From the NCBI GenBank assembly GCA_964350985.1, contig CAYGLK010000002.1, forward strand, positions 229,406 through 293,405: a DNA stretch of 64,000 bases, written 5' to 3'. The translations under genes and the position numbers were made by a program. Below the pieces are notes generated by a model that saw only the letters and a list, made by a program, of their open reading frames with translations, was not told where the DNA came from and ran no database searches. Within the stretch, counting starts at the first letter, position 1, and each line of letters opens with the position of its first letter. Positions 1 to 8,494 of this stretch are shown here, one piece after another. This DNA is from an uncultured Candidatus Saccharibacteria bacterium (GTDB lineage: Bacteria; Patescibacteriota; Minisyncoccia; Phycocordibacterales; UBA918).

Positions 1-1350
1 AAGGACTGGGATTTTACCACCAGTGCTCACCCAGACCAGATTCAAGCCTTATTTCCTGATAGTTTTTGTAATAATGACTACGGTACGGTAGGTATTAAAA
101 ATGACGACGAGGAAGATTTGCGATTACAAGTAGTAGAAGTTACACCTTACCGCAGTGAAAGCGGCTACAGTGACTCTAGGAGGCCAGACAAGGTTACCTT
201 TGGAGTAAGCTTGGAAGAAGATTTGGCAAGACGTGATTTTACCGTTAACGCCATTGCATTTAGCATATCAAGCGGAGATATTGTAGACCTATATGATGGA
301 ATGTTAGATTTAAAGAACAAAAGCCTTAAGGCTGTTGGAGATGCTGACCAGCGTTTTAGTGAAGACGCCCTTAGAATGATGCGCGCAGTCAGGCTAGCAG
401 CTGAATTAGAATTTTCGATAGAGAACAAGACAATGGAAGCTATCTTAAATAACGCTTCGAAGTTAGAAAACATTGCTATTGAAAGAATTAGTGCTGAATT
501 CATTAGACTGATTGACTCTAAGACACCTATGCCAGGTATTGTTCTGCTGGAAAAGCTTGATTTGCTTCCTTTCTTGATACCAGAGCTAAAAGACTGTATT
601 GGGTGCGAACAGGGTGGTATTCACACATACGACGTGTACGAACACAACCTCCGTACCCTTCAGGCGGCTGCAGATAAAGGTTTTTCAACCGAAATGCGTC
701 TAGCGGCTCTTCTTCATGATATTGGAAAACCACCAACCAGGAGAACAGGGGGCAAGAATAAGCATTACACTTTCTTTGGACATGAGGTTATTGGTGCCAG
801 AATGACTAAAAAAATACTGGAACGCTTAAAATACCCGCGAGAAGAGTCAGCTATTATAGAAAATCTTGTACGTTGGCACATGTTTTTCTCTGATCCAGAC
901 GAAATTACCTTAGCTGCTGTCAGAAGAACTATTGTCAGAGTAGGGGAGGATCAAATAGAAAACCTTTTAAATCTAAGGGTTTGCGACAGGATTGGGACCG
1001 GAAGACCTAAAGAACAGCCATTCCGCTTCCGTAAATATAAAGCGATGGTTGACGAAGCCCTACGAGACCCTATCTCAGTTAAGTTATTAAAAATGAACGG
1101 GGATAAGATCATGGAAATAACTGGGGAAAAGCCGGGGAAAAAGCTTGGATATGTACTGCATAGTCTACTAGAAGAAGTCTTGGTGGATCCTAGTTTGAAC
1201 ACAGAAGAATACCTAACAACAAGGGTTTTGGAGCTATATAAGCTACCGGAAGCTGAACTACAGACTTTAGCTGAAGCTGGGAAAAAGAAACAAGCAGAAG
1301 AGGAGGAGGCCGCCTTGAAAGAAATAGCCAGAGAACACAAGGTAGGATAG
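1..1350 (+). CDS. cca: CCA-adding tRNA nucleotidyltransferase (HD-domain type); 5' end lies upstream of window
   Basis: Frame stays open back to nt 1. It carries the nucleotidyltransferase head motif 'RDFTVNA' and the HD motif 'LLHDIGKP'. The track start at 118 is an internal TTG. Confidence 0.8.
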   Translation, partial: KDWDFTTSAHPDQIQALFPDSFCNNDYGTVGIKNDDEEDLRLQVVEVTPYRSESGYSDSRRPDKVTFGVSLEEDLARRDFTVNAIAFSISSGDIVDLYDGMLDLKNKSLKAVGDADQRFSEDALRMMRAVRLAAELEFSIENKTMEAILNNASKLENIAIERISAEFIRLIDSKTPMPGIVLLEKLDLLPFLIPELKDCIGCEQGGIHTYDVYEHNLRTLQAAADKGFSTEMRLAALLHDIGKPPTRRTGGKNKHYTFFGHEVIGARMTKKILERLKYPREESAIIENLVRWHMFFSDPDEITLAAVRRTIVRVGEDQIENLLNLRVCDRIGTGRPKEQPFRFRKYKAMVDEALRDPISVKLLKMNGDKIMEITGEKPGKKLGYVLHSLLEEVLVDPSLNTEEYLTTRVLELYKLPEAELQTLAEAGKKKQAEEEEAALKEIAREHKVG

Positions 1351-1352
1351 CA

Positions 1353-1379
1353 AAAAACAGCTCAATTGAGCTGTTTTTT
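1353..1379 (+). terminator. Rho-independent terminator after cca
   Basis: Perfect hairpin aaaaaacagctc-aatt-gagctgtttttt with a T-run. Confidence 0.65.
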
Positions 1380-2049
1380 GCTATCCATTAAAAAATGGAT
1401 CCCTAATTTAAGTATTATTATTCTTAATAAAGAAAAAAGGCCTGAGGGGATTGAGAGTGAAATGTTTCACTGCCAATCTCCTCAGACCTTTTAAATTTTG
1501 AGCTTATATTTAGATGGATATAATAATCCAGTAGGCGCCTTTATAATAAAATGGCTAACCTGATCCAAAGCTCTACGTTGTTGCTGAGATACATAGAGAA
1601 ATCAATTTCACTTACACTAGTCTTGAACCAACCTTCTGTTCCTTCTAAAGTGTGAGGAGACTTCTCATGCTCTCAATGTGGGTGGGTTGTTATGAACTTT
1701 GTTTTGATTTGAGTTTTTGGAGGTAATACTCAATTTTTTTAAATGAACTCTTTAAGGGGTCACCTCCAGAATTCTTTGCTGAAACTTATTCAGTAGAGAA
1801 CTCTGGAGATGCCTGCTCGCCCTCTCTGGGCCTGCACATATAGTATGTCCTTTACAATATTTGGTAAAGGACATTGTGGTGGTTAGTTGTGCATAACTTA
1901 TTTCTTAATGTCCTTTATAACTTTTTTACCTAAGAAATTATTTTTTAAAGTAAGATTAAGCCTTATTTTTGAACCTATACTAGGCATGACTTTCTTAACA
2001 TTGACAAAATTGAAATTCGTGTGTTTCTGTTGAGAGTATCTATGCAAAC

Positions 2050-2853
2050 TTAGTCTTCGTTTGTGATCGCTAACTCAATAGATACTGGACAGTGATCTGA
2101 ACCAAAAACATCGTCGTGAATCCGTGCATTTTTTACTAATGAAACAATCGACTCACTTGTGAAAACGTAGTCAATTCTCCAGCCAACATTTCGTTCCCGA
2201 GCCTGAGCAAAGTGTGACCACCAAGTGTAATGACCATTGTCTTTTTCAAATATTCTAAAAGTGTCAATGAAACCTGCTTTCACAAAATTATCCAAGCCGG
2301 ATCTTTCTTCTTCGGTAAAACCCTTCTTGCCTTTATTTTCTTTTGGACGAGCTAAGTCTAACTCTGTATGAGCAACGTTTAAGTCACCACAAAAAACTAC
2401 TGGTTTCTCAGATTCTAGTTCTTTCATGAACTCTAAGTAGGCCGGATCCCAATTTTGGCGCATCGGCACTCTAGATAGATCGTCTTTGGCATTGGGTGTA
2501 TAAACAGTACTTAGGTAAAAGTGCTCAAATTCAAGAGTTAGGATCCTACCTTCTTTTGTTGTATCGCCATAGGTATCAGTTAGCTTGTATTTTGTGGCTA
2601 TATGTTCTGGAAGACCTAAAATAACGTCCAATGGGGAGTGTTTGGTAAAAATAGCGGTTCCAGAGTAGCCTTTTTTGTCAGCAGAGTGCCAAAAAGCTTC
2701 ATATTCTGGTAAATCTAAGTCCACCTGCTCTTGATTGGCTTTTGTTTCTTGCAGACAAAGAATGTCAGGGTTGTTTTTTTTAAGAAAACTTTGTAATTCA
2801 CCCTTTTTTAGCACTGCTCTAATGCCATTTACGTTCCATGAGTATATCTTCAT
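2050..2853 (-). CDS. xth: exodeoxyribonuclease III (AP endonuclease)
   Basis: 'MKIYSWNVNGIRA' start and the Xth/EEP fold end motif 'SDHCPV'. Start moved to the internal Met at 2853 (cat on + strand). Confidence 0.85.
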   Translation of the reverse strand: MKIYSWNVNGIRAVLKKGELQSFLKKNNPDILCLQETKANQEQVDLDLPEYEAFWHSADKKGYSGTAIFTKHSPLDVILGLPEHIATKYKLTDTYGDTTKEGRILTLEFEHFYLSTVYTPNAKDDLSRVPMRQNWDPAYLEFMKELESEKPVVFCGDLNVAHTELDLARPKENKGKKGFTEEERSGLDNFVKAGFIDTFRIFEKDNGHYTWWSHFAQARERNVGWRIDYVFTSESIVSLVKNARIHDDVFGSDHCPVSIELAITNED

Positions 2854-2997
2854 AGAAAGTATTATACCTATATAGGTAAAAACAACCACTAACTTTACTT
2901 GGGTTTCTGAACAAAAGAACATACAATTAACCTACAACTCTCATTAGTCCTAACGAGAGAAATATTACAGAGGTTAATTTTCAAAAATTAAATTAAT

Positions 2998-3405
2998 ATG
3001 GATACAAATACAAATACTGACCAAAATACTACTCCGGTTGAAAGAGTCGCTACCGAACAAGCAGGAGAGGCAAAGACAGAAGATACAAATACACAGATTC
3101 CAACAGTTGAGCAGAATCCAGTAATGGCAGCGCTCTCTTATATAGGACCTTTAGTACTGATTCCTTTTCTAACCAGTCGAGATAACGCTTTTGTGTTATT
3201 CCATATTAAACAAGGGTTGGTTCTATTCTTAGCTTTTCTTCTTGTTCATGTTGCCAGTAAATTCTTGTGGTTCTTTTTTCCAATCTTTTGGCTATTAAAC
3301 TTCGCTTTATTTATCCTATCGATAGTTGGTATCATCAATTCACTACAAAAAAAGGAGAAAGAACTACCGGTTATTGGAAAATTTGCTTCTCATATTAAAA
3401 TCTAA
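2998..3405 (+). CDS. small integral membrane protein (DUF4870-like)
   Basis: 135 aa with a T/Q-rich N-terminus followed by 3 hydrophobic helices. Confidence 0.5.
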   Translation: MDTNTNTDQNTTPVERVATEQAGEAKTEDTNTQIPTVEQNPVMAALSYIGPLVLIPFLTSRDNAFVLFHIKQGLVLFLAFLLVHVASKFLWFFFPIFWLLNFALFILSIVGIINSLQKKEKELPVIGKFASHIKI

Positions 3406-3548
3406 AGGTTGACCTAAAGCAAAAAAGCTTGTGTTTATTTGTGGCTGTGCTTTAATACATGCAGCGAAACAAACTCCTCTGAAGCAAGGTGAAAGCTATT
3501 GATCAGGTGAAGTGACGTTTTGTGTTAATAAAGTATAAATAAAATAAA

Positions 3549-3746
3549 ATGACAGGATCAATTGTACGAAAGCGAGATAATGGTTACGGATTTATCAAGC
3601 CAGATAACGACGAGAAAGATGTATTCTTTCACGCTCAATCACTAGTAGACGTTGCATTTGACGATCTACAAGAAGGCGATAAAGTAACTTTTGATGTAGA
3701 ACAAGGACCGAAAGGACCTGCTGCAGCAAACGTACGTCGAGCATAA
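3549..3746 (+). CDS. cold-shock domain protein
   Basis: 65 aa with 'DNGYGFIKP' and 'VFFHAQSL' RNP motifs. It has a long AT-rich 5' leader. Confidence 0.85.
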   Translation: MTGSIVRKRDNGYGFIKPDNDEKDVFFHAQSLVDVAFDDLQEGDKVTFDVEQGPKGPAAANVRRA

Positions 3747-3766
3747 TTACCGCAAGGTAAATAATA

Positions 3767-3798
3767 AAAGCCCCAGGTTTTACCTGGGGCTTTTATTA
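3767..3798 (+). terminator. Rho-independent terminator after csp
   Basis: aaagccccagg-tttta-cctggggcttttatt. Confidence 0.7.
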
Positions 3799-3863
3799 TT
3801 GCTAGACAAAAAGTTATTTTTGTTTTAAAGTATTCTCTGGCCGATCCTTGGGAGGGGAAGAAG

Positions 3864-4151
3864 ATGGATATCCAAATTACGGACCCAAAGCTGCAAGACA
3901 GCCTGGACGCAATTCGTTCAGAGCTGCTTGGATTTCTGGAAGATGCTCGCTCAGAAATCCTCTGGCTTTCACTAGTGAGAGCCTGCGTGGTAGAAAAGAC
4001 AACCGAAGACCACGATGGACTCAGTAATGGGTTCTACAACGTGCATTTCAAGGGAACGTCTTTTAACCCCCCTGAAAAGATCTTGTTGTTTGTTTCGGCT
4101 GGAAGCATTTCCGTCATCGGAATCTGCCAGAACGCGAAGAGCCTGCACTGA
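3864..4151 (+). CDS. hypothetical protein in a GC-rich patch
   Basis: Strong RBS gggaggggaag precedes the ORF and a GC hairpin agcgcccgg...ccgggcgct follows it. Local GC is about 50% against about 38% around it. No recognisable domain. Confidence 0.35.
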   Translation: MDIQITDPKLQDSLDAIRSELLGFLEDARSEILWLSLVRACVVEKTTEDHDGLSNGFYNVHFKGTSFNPPEKILLFVSAGSISVIGICQNAKSLH

Positions 4152-4337
4152 CCACCCGCCGAGCGCCCGGACTCTCCTTGTGAGGGCCGGGCGCTAACAT
4201 TTATAGAAATTAAACCTTTTAATTTAGTCTTCGGTATACATAAGTAGTATGTATACTATTTTTATTTTAAATAGGGCATTGGGCTATTATTTGCCTGATA
4301 ATTAGCCAAGGCCGTCTATCTGACATACAATATATGT

Positions 4338-5270
4338 ATGTCTACAAAAAATATTTTATCGTTGGTGGTTATTTTACTCATAATTATTGGAGGAGCTTAT
4401 TATTTCTTAAGTGGTGGGGAAGATAGTAATTACAATAAAGATAATACGCCTGTAGTGATCGATGAAACTATTAATACTGATACCGAAAATGAAATCGATC
4501 CAACGGACGAAATAACAGACAACGATGAGCCAGTGGAAAATATTGGTCAATCAGCTGGTGGTAAAGTTATTACTGCTTATCACTTTGGAGAAGGTGATAC
4601 GGAGGTACTATTTATCGGTGGTATTCACGGAGGCTACTCTTGGAACACTGCCTTGCTTGGATATGAGTTGGTGGAATGGTTCACAAAAAATGCTGACAAA
4701 GTTCCAGACAATGTAAGAGTAACTGTGATTCCAGTACTTAACCCAGACGGTCTAGAAAAAGTAACTGGTAAGCTTGGTCTCTTCACAGCTAGTGACGTTA
4801 ACAAAACAGAGTCAGTTAGAGTTGCTGGTCGCTTCAACGACAACAACGTTGATCTAAACCGAAACTTTAATTGCGAATGGCAAGCTGTTGGAAAGTGGCA
4901 AAACAAAGATGTTAGTGGTGGAACAGCTGCTTTCTCAGAACCAGAAGCGCAAGCAATCCAATCATACGTAGGAGCTAACAAGCCAGCCGCTGTTGTTACT
5001 TGGTACAGCGCAGCCGGTGGAGTTTATGCTTCAGATTGTAAAAAGGGTGTATCAGAAGATACTCTTGCTTTAACAAATCTTTTTGCTAAAGCTTCTGGTT
5101 ATACAGCTTACGAAGAATTTGATTACTACGAAATTACCGGAGACATGGTTAACTGGTTAGCTGGTCAAGGAATTCCAGCTATTAGTGTTCTACTTACAAA
5201 CCACGAACAAACAGAATTTAGTAAGAACATTGCTGGAGTAGAAGCAGTACTAGAATTCTACGCAGAATAA
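4338..5270 (+). CDS. M14-family zinc carboxypeptidase, membrane-anchored
   Basis: N-terminal TM helix. Motifs 'GGIHGGYSW', 'VIPVLNPDGL', 'NNVDLNRNFNCEW' and 'SAFSEPEA'. Confidence 0.7.
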   Translation: MSTKNILSLVVILLIIIGGAYYFLSGGEDSNYNKDNTPVVIDETINTDTENEIDPTDEITDNDEPVENIGQSAGGKVITAYHFGEGDTEVLFIGGIHGGYSWNTALLGYELVEWFTKNADKVPDNVRVTVIPVLNPDGLEKVTGKLGLFTASDVNKTESVRVAGRFNDNNVDLNRNFNCEWQAVGKWQNKDVSGGTAAFSEPEAQAIQSYVGANKPAAVVTWYSAAGGVYASDCKKGVSEDTLALTNLFAKASGYTAYEEFDYYEITGDMVNWLAGQGIPAISVLLTNHEQTEFSKNIAGVEAVLEFYAE

Positions 5271-5272
5271 TT

Positions 5273-6160
5273 ATGGATCGTCGAAAAATTGTTGGTCTAG
5301 TTGTTGGAGTTGTTCTAGTTCTAGTAGCAGTTTGGTTACTCACTAGTAACCAACCAGAAGTAGTTCCAGAAATTGTTCCTGAAGAAGTTATCGAAGAAGA
5401 ACCAGAGGTAACCGCAAATAAAATCATTGGTCAATCAGTGGAAGGTCGGTCAATCGAAAGTTACACTTACGGGACTGGAAGTACTACTCTACTTTTTGTT
5501 GGAGGAGTACACGGCGGCTACGAATGGAACAGTGTTATCTTGGCTTACGAATTCATTGATTTACTAGAGGATGAAACTTACACCCTACCTCCAGATCTAA
5601 AAGTCGTAGTGATACCAGTTTTGAACCCTGATGGACTTTTCTCAGTCGTTAAAAAAGAAGGTAGGTTTACTGCAGCTGAGATTCCGGAAAATGACGCACA
5701 CACAACAGGTCAAGGTCGCTTCAACGCAAACAATGTTGACCTGAATCGAAACTTTGACTGCAAGTGGCAACCAGAAAGTAGTTGGCGAGGGAAGACTGTT
5801 GATGCTGGAAGCAGCGCTTTCTCTGAACCAGAAGCACGGACTCTTAAGAATCTTGTCGATGAAATTAATCCAGCAGCGGCAATTTTCTGGCACAGCCAAG
5901 CAAATACTGTTTACGCTTCAGAGTGTAACGCGGGGGTTTTGCCAGAGACTTTAACTCTGATGAACACTTATGCTAACGCTGCTAGTTATAAAAAAGTTGC
6001 TAGCTTTGATGCTTACCCAGTCTCAGGTGACGCTGAAGGTTGGCTCGCCTCAATTGGTATTCCAGCTGTGACAGTTGAACTAGAAACAAGACTAAGTTCT
6101 GAATGGGCGAGAAATCAAAAAGGGATAGAAGCGGTCTTGGAACTTTATAGCACTGAGTAA
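5273..6160 (+). CDS. M14-family zinc carboxypeptidase paralog, membrane-anchored
   Basis: Same motif set as the upstream gene: 'GGVHGGYEW', 'VIPVLNPDGL', 'NNVDLNRNFDCKW', 'SAFSEPEA'. It is a tandem duplicate. Confidence 0.7.
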   Translation: MDRRKIVGLVVGVVLVLVAVWLLTSNQPEVVPEIVPEEVIEEEPEVTANKIIGQSVEGRSIESYTYGTGSTTLLFVGGVHGGYEWNSVILAYEFIDLLEDETYTLPPDLKVVVIPVLNPDGLFSVVKKEGRFTAAEIPENDAHTTGQGRFNANNVDLNRNFDCKWQPESSWRGKTVDAGSSAFSEPEARTLKNLVDEINPAAAIFWHSQANTVYASECNAGVLPETLTLMNTYANAASYKKVASFDAYPVSGDAEGWLASIGIPAVTVELETRLSSEWARNQKGIEAVLELYSTE

Positions 6161-6175
6161 ATAAAGAGAGAAATA

Positions 6176-6208
6176 AAAACAGCGCAGCCTTTGGCCGCGC
6201 TGTTTTTA
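6176..6208. terminator. bidirectional terminator between carboxypeptidase and xer (convergent)
   Basis: aaaaacagcgcagcc-tttg-gccgcgctgttttt, flanked by A/T runs on both strands. Confidence 0.7.
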
Positions 6209-6210
6209 TT

Positions 6211-7134
6211 TTACTTTCTTTTACCATGGAATTTTTTGTGGACTTCGCGGAGGTGGGAGTCAGTGACGTGGGTATAGATTTGGGTGGTGCCGATATTTGC
6301 GTGCCCAAGGAGAGCTTGGACTGAACGTAAGTCAGCGCCATTACTCAAAAGGTCAGTAGCAAAACTGTGACGAATAACGTGCGGAGTAACCTTGCGAGTG
6401 ATACCGGCTTTAGTGGCGTATTGTTTTAAAACTCTTTGCACTGTTCGTGGAGTGATCCGCGAGTCCTCTCCAACATGAGCTTTTTTGCCGTAGCGGACAA
6501 AGAGCGCGTCACTCATATCTTTACGTCCGGCCAAATAATTTTTGATCGCTGCTTTCGCGTCATCTGAAAGAAAGACAACTCGCACTTTGTCGCCCTTACC
6601 GCGGACAGAAAATTCATCTCGAGTGAGGTCTACATCATCAATTGAAAGGGAACAGAGTTCAGAGACACGAAGACCAGTTGAAAACAAAAGCTCAAGAATT
6701 GCTAAGTCACGCTTGCCTTGAAGTGAGTCTGTTTTAGGAGCAGCCATCAAGCGCTTTAGTTCACTATCAGAAATGAGATCAAGTGATCGCTCTGGAACTT
6801 TAGCTAGTTCGATTCTCTCTGGAGAGAGGGAAGCAATGCCACGCTTACGTAAAAACTTAAGGAACGCCCTGAGTGCAATCAGGTAATAATTCTGGGTACG
6901 GCGTTTCATTGGTTCACGCCGGCCACCTACCTTACTTCCAGCTTGGCGGTTTAGATACAAACGAAACTCACGCACCTGTTCCTCAGTCAAATCAGCTGGG
7001 TCTGTGATCTTAGCAAAATTGAAAAACCGATCTAAATAACGCTCGTAATTAAGGACAGTCTTAACACTACGCCCTCTTTCGATTTCGAGGTACTCAAAGA
7101 ATTGTCGTTTCAGCTCTAAAACATTCATGTTCAT
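6211..7134 (-). CDS. tyrosine recombinase XerC/XerD
   Basis: C-terminal 'HVIRHSFATDLLSNGADLRSVQALLGHANIGTTQIYTHV' with the R-H-R-Y catalytic pattern. Confidence 0.8.
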   Translation of the reverse strand: MNMNVLELKRQFFEYLEIERGRSVKTVLNYERYLDRFFNFAKITDPADLTEEQVREFRLYLNRQAGSKVGGRREPMKRRTQNYYLIALRAFLKFLRKRGIASLSPERIELAKVPERSLDLISDSELKRLMAAPKTDSLQGKRDLAILELLFSTGLRVSELCSLSIDDVDLTRDEFSVRGKGDKVRVVFLSDDAKAAIKNYLAGRKDMSDALFVRYGKKAHVGEDSRITPRTVQRVLKQYATKAGITRKVTPHVIRHSFATDLLSNGADLRSVQALLGHANIGTTQIYTHVTDSHLREVHKKFHGKRK

Positions 7135-7191
7135 ATATTATACAGATATTTTAAGCACATTTTTGACAAACAGATAAAAGAAATGTCTGAC

Positions 7192-7220
7192 TTGCATTAA
7201 TTTAAATTCTATGCTATAGT
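7192..7220 (+). promoter_or_regulatory. sigma70-like promoter of rpsO (TTGCAT-17-TATAGT)
   Basis: Hexamers with 17-nt spacing about 90 nt upstream of the rpsO start. Confidence 0.45.
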
Positions 7221-7306
7221 GTTTGGAACCTTCGCGGTTATCACTGCGAGCTACTTATAAGCACTTCGGTGCGTATCTATATAAGCCAGCCGCTTCACAC
7301 ATATTT

Positions 7307-7573
7307 ATGTTAACAAAAAGAGTAAAAGAAAATGTACTAAAAGAAACTAAGCGTCACGTTAGTGATACTGGTTCTCCGGAAGCACAAATCGCCCTACTGA
7401 CTCGTCAGATTGAAGAGCTTTCTAATCACTTGCGCAAGCATAAGAAAGATTTTCACTCACGACGTGGTTTGCTACAAATGGTAGCTGACCGAAGAAAGCA
7501 CTTGAAGTATTTAGAGAGAAAAGATGAGAAATCATACAACTCTCTAATCAAGAAGCTTGGTCTAAAGCGATAA
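7307..7573 (+). CDS. rpsO: 30S ribosomal protein S15
   Basis: '[13 protein letters not shown]...[19 protein letters not shown]' is the classic S15 sequence. Start moved to the internal ATG at 7307. Confidence 0.9.
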   Translation: MLTKRVKENVLKETKRHVSDTGSPEAQIALLTRQIEELSNHLRKHKKDFHSRRGLLQMVADRRKHLKYLERKDEKSYNSLIKKLGLKR

Positions 7574-7578
7574 TACTG

Positions 7579-7609
7579 ATGCTCCACTATGGAGCATTTT
7601 TATTTTTTC
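7579..7609 (+). terminator. Rho-independent terminator after rpsO
   Basis: atgctccactatggagcat hairpin followed by a T-run. Confidence 0.7.
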
Positions 7610-7741
7610 AGTTATAGTTAAACCATCTTCAACAATCCGTCCCGACCAAGTTTCACAACTTTTCGGAAGACCTTAGTTGGAGATAGTGTAAGTCGCGAAG
7701 TGTTTTTATAAAAAAGTTTTTAATATTATTTTAATAAAATT

Positions 7742-8338
7742 ATGAGTGTTATACGTCACCCAGAACAAAGGGTTGCCATTTTGATAGATACCCAAAATCT
7801 CTATCACAGTGCAAAAAATTTATACAAATCAAAAGTGAATTTTGGAGCAGTAGTTAAAGCTGCCTTAGGAGGTCGAAAATTAATTCGTGCTGTTTCTTAT
7901 GTAGTGAATACTGAGAGTGGAGAAGAGTCAGCCTTTTTCGAAGCTTTAGAAAAAATTGGTATCGAAATCAAAACCAAAGACTTACAAATATTTTATGGCG
8001 GCGCAAAAAAAGCTGACTGGGATGTTGGTCTTGCTATTGATGCTATCAAGTTAGCTAACAAAGTTGACGCTGTTATTTTGGCAACTGGCGATGGAGATTT
8101 TATTCCACTAGTTGAGTACGTCAAAAACCAAGGTTGTCAGTTTGAAGTAATTACTTTTGGCCGATCCGCTTCTTCTAAACTACGAGAAGTAGTTGATGAC
8201 TTTATCGATATGGATAAAAATCCAAGTGAGTTTTTGATTGGTTATAAGACCAATAAAAAGAGAAACAATAACAACAATAGTAACAATCTTCGAAAACAGA
8301 TTAAGAAAATTGTTGGCACTGATACTGACGATATTTAG
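7742..8338 (+). CDS. NYN/LabA-like domain protein
   Basis: 'VAILIDTQNLYHSAKN' and 'ATGDGDFIPLVEY' are PIN-like NYN motifs. The tail is N-rich. Confidence 0.6.
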   Translation: MSVIRHPEQRVAILIDTQNLYHSAKNLYKSKVNFGAVVKAALGGRKLIRAVSYVVNTESGEESAFFEALEKIGIEIKTKDLQIFYGGAKKADWDVGLAIDAIKLANKVDAVILATGDGDFIPLVEYVKNQGCQFEVITFGRSASSKLREVVDDFIDMDKNPSEFLIGYKTNKKRNNNNNSNNLRKQIKKIVGTDTDDI

Positions 8339-8494
8339 GATCTAAATATCAGAGAACAAAAACTGCTGCGGCGTACTTGTACGCCGTGGCAGTTTTGCTA
8401 TGCTCTAACTATTAGTTGTGACTTTGGTATGTAGGTAGGTTTCAAATTATGAAATATAAAACATACCCGAGTTACTTCATTAAGTTAACTTCAA

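Noticed and set aside
7610-7741. Possible tRNA-like segment after the rpsO terminator ('ggaagaccttagttggagatagtgtaagtcgcgaag')
   Set aside because: It lacks a T-arm consensus and an acceptor-stem complement. It is more likely 5' UTR of the NYN gene.
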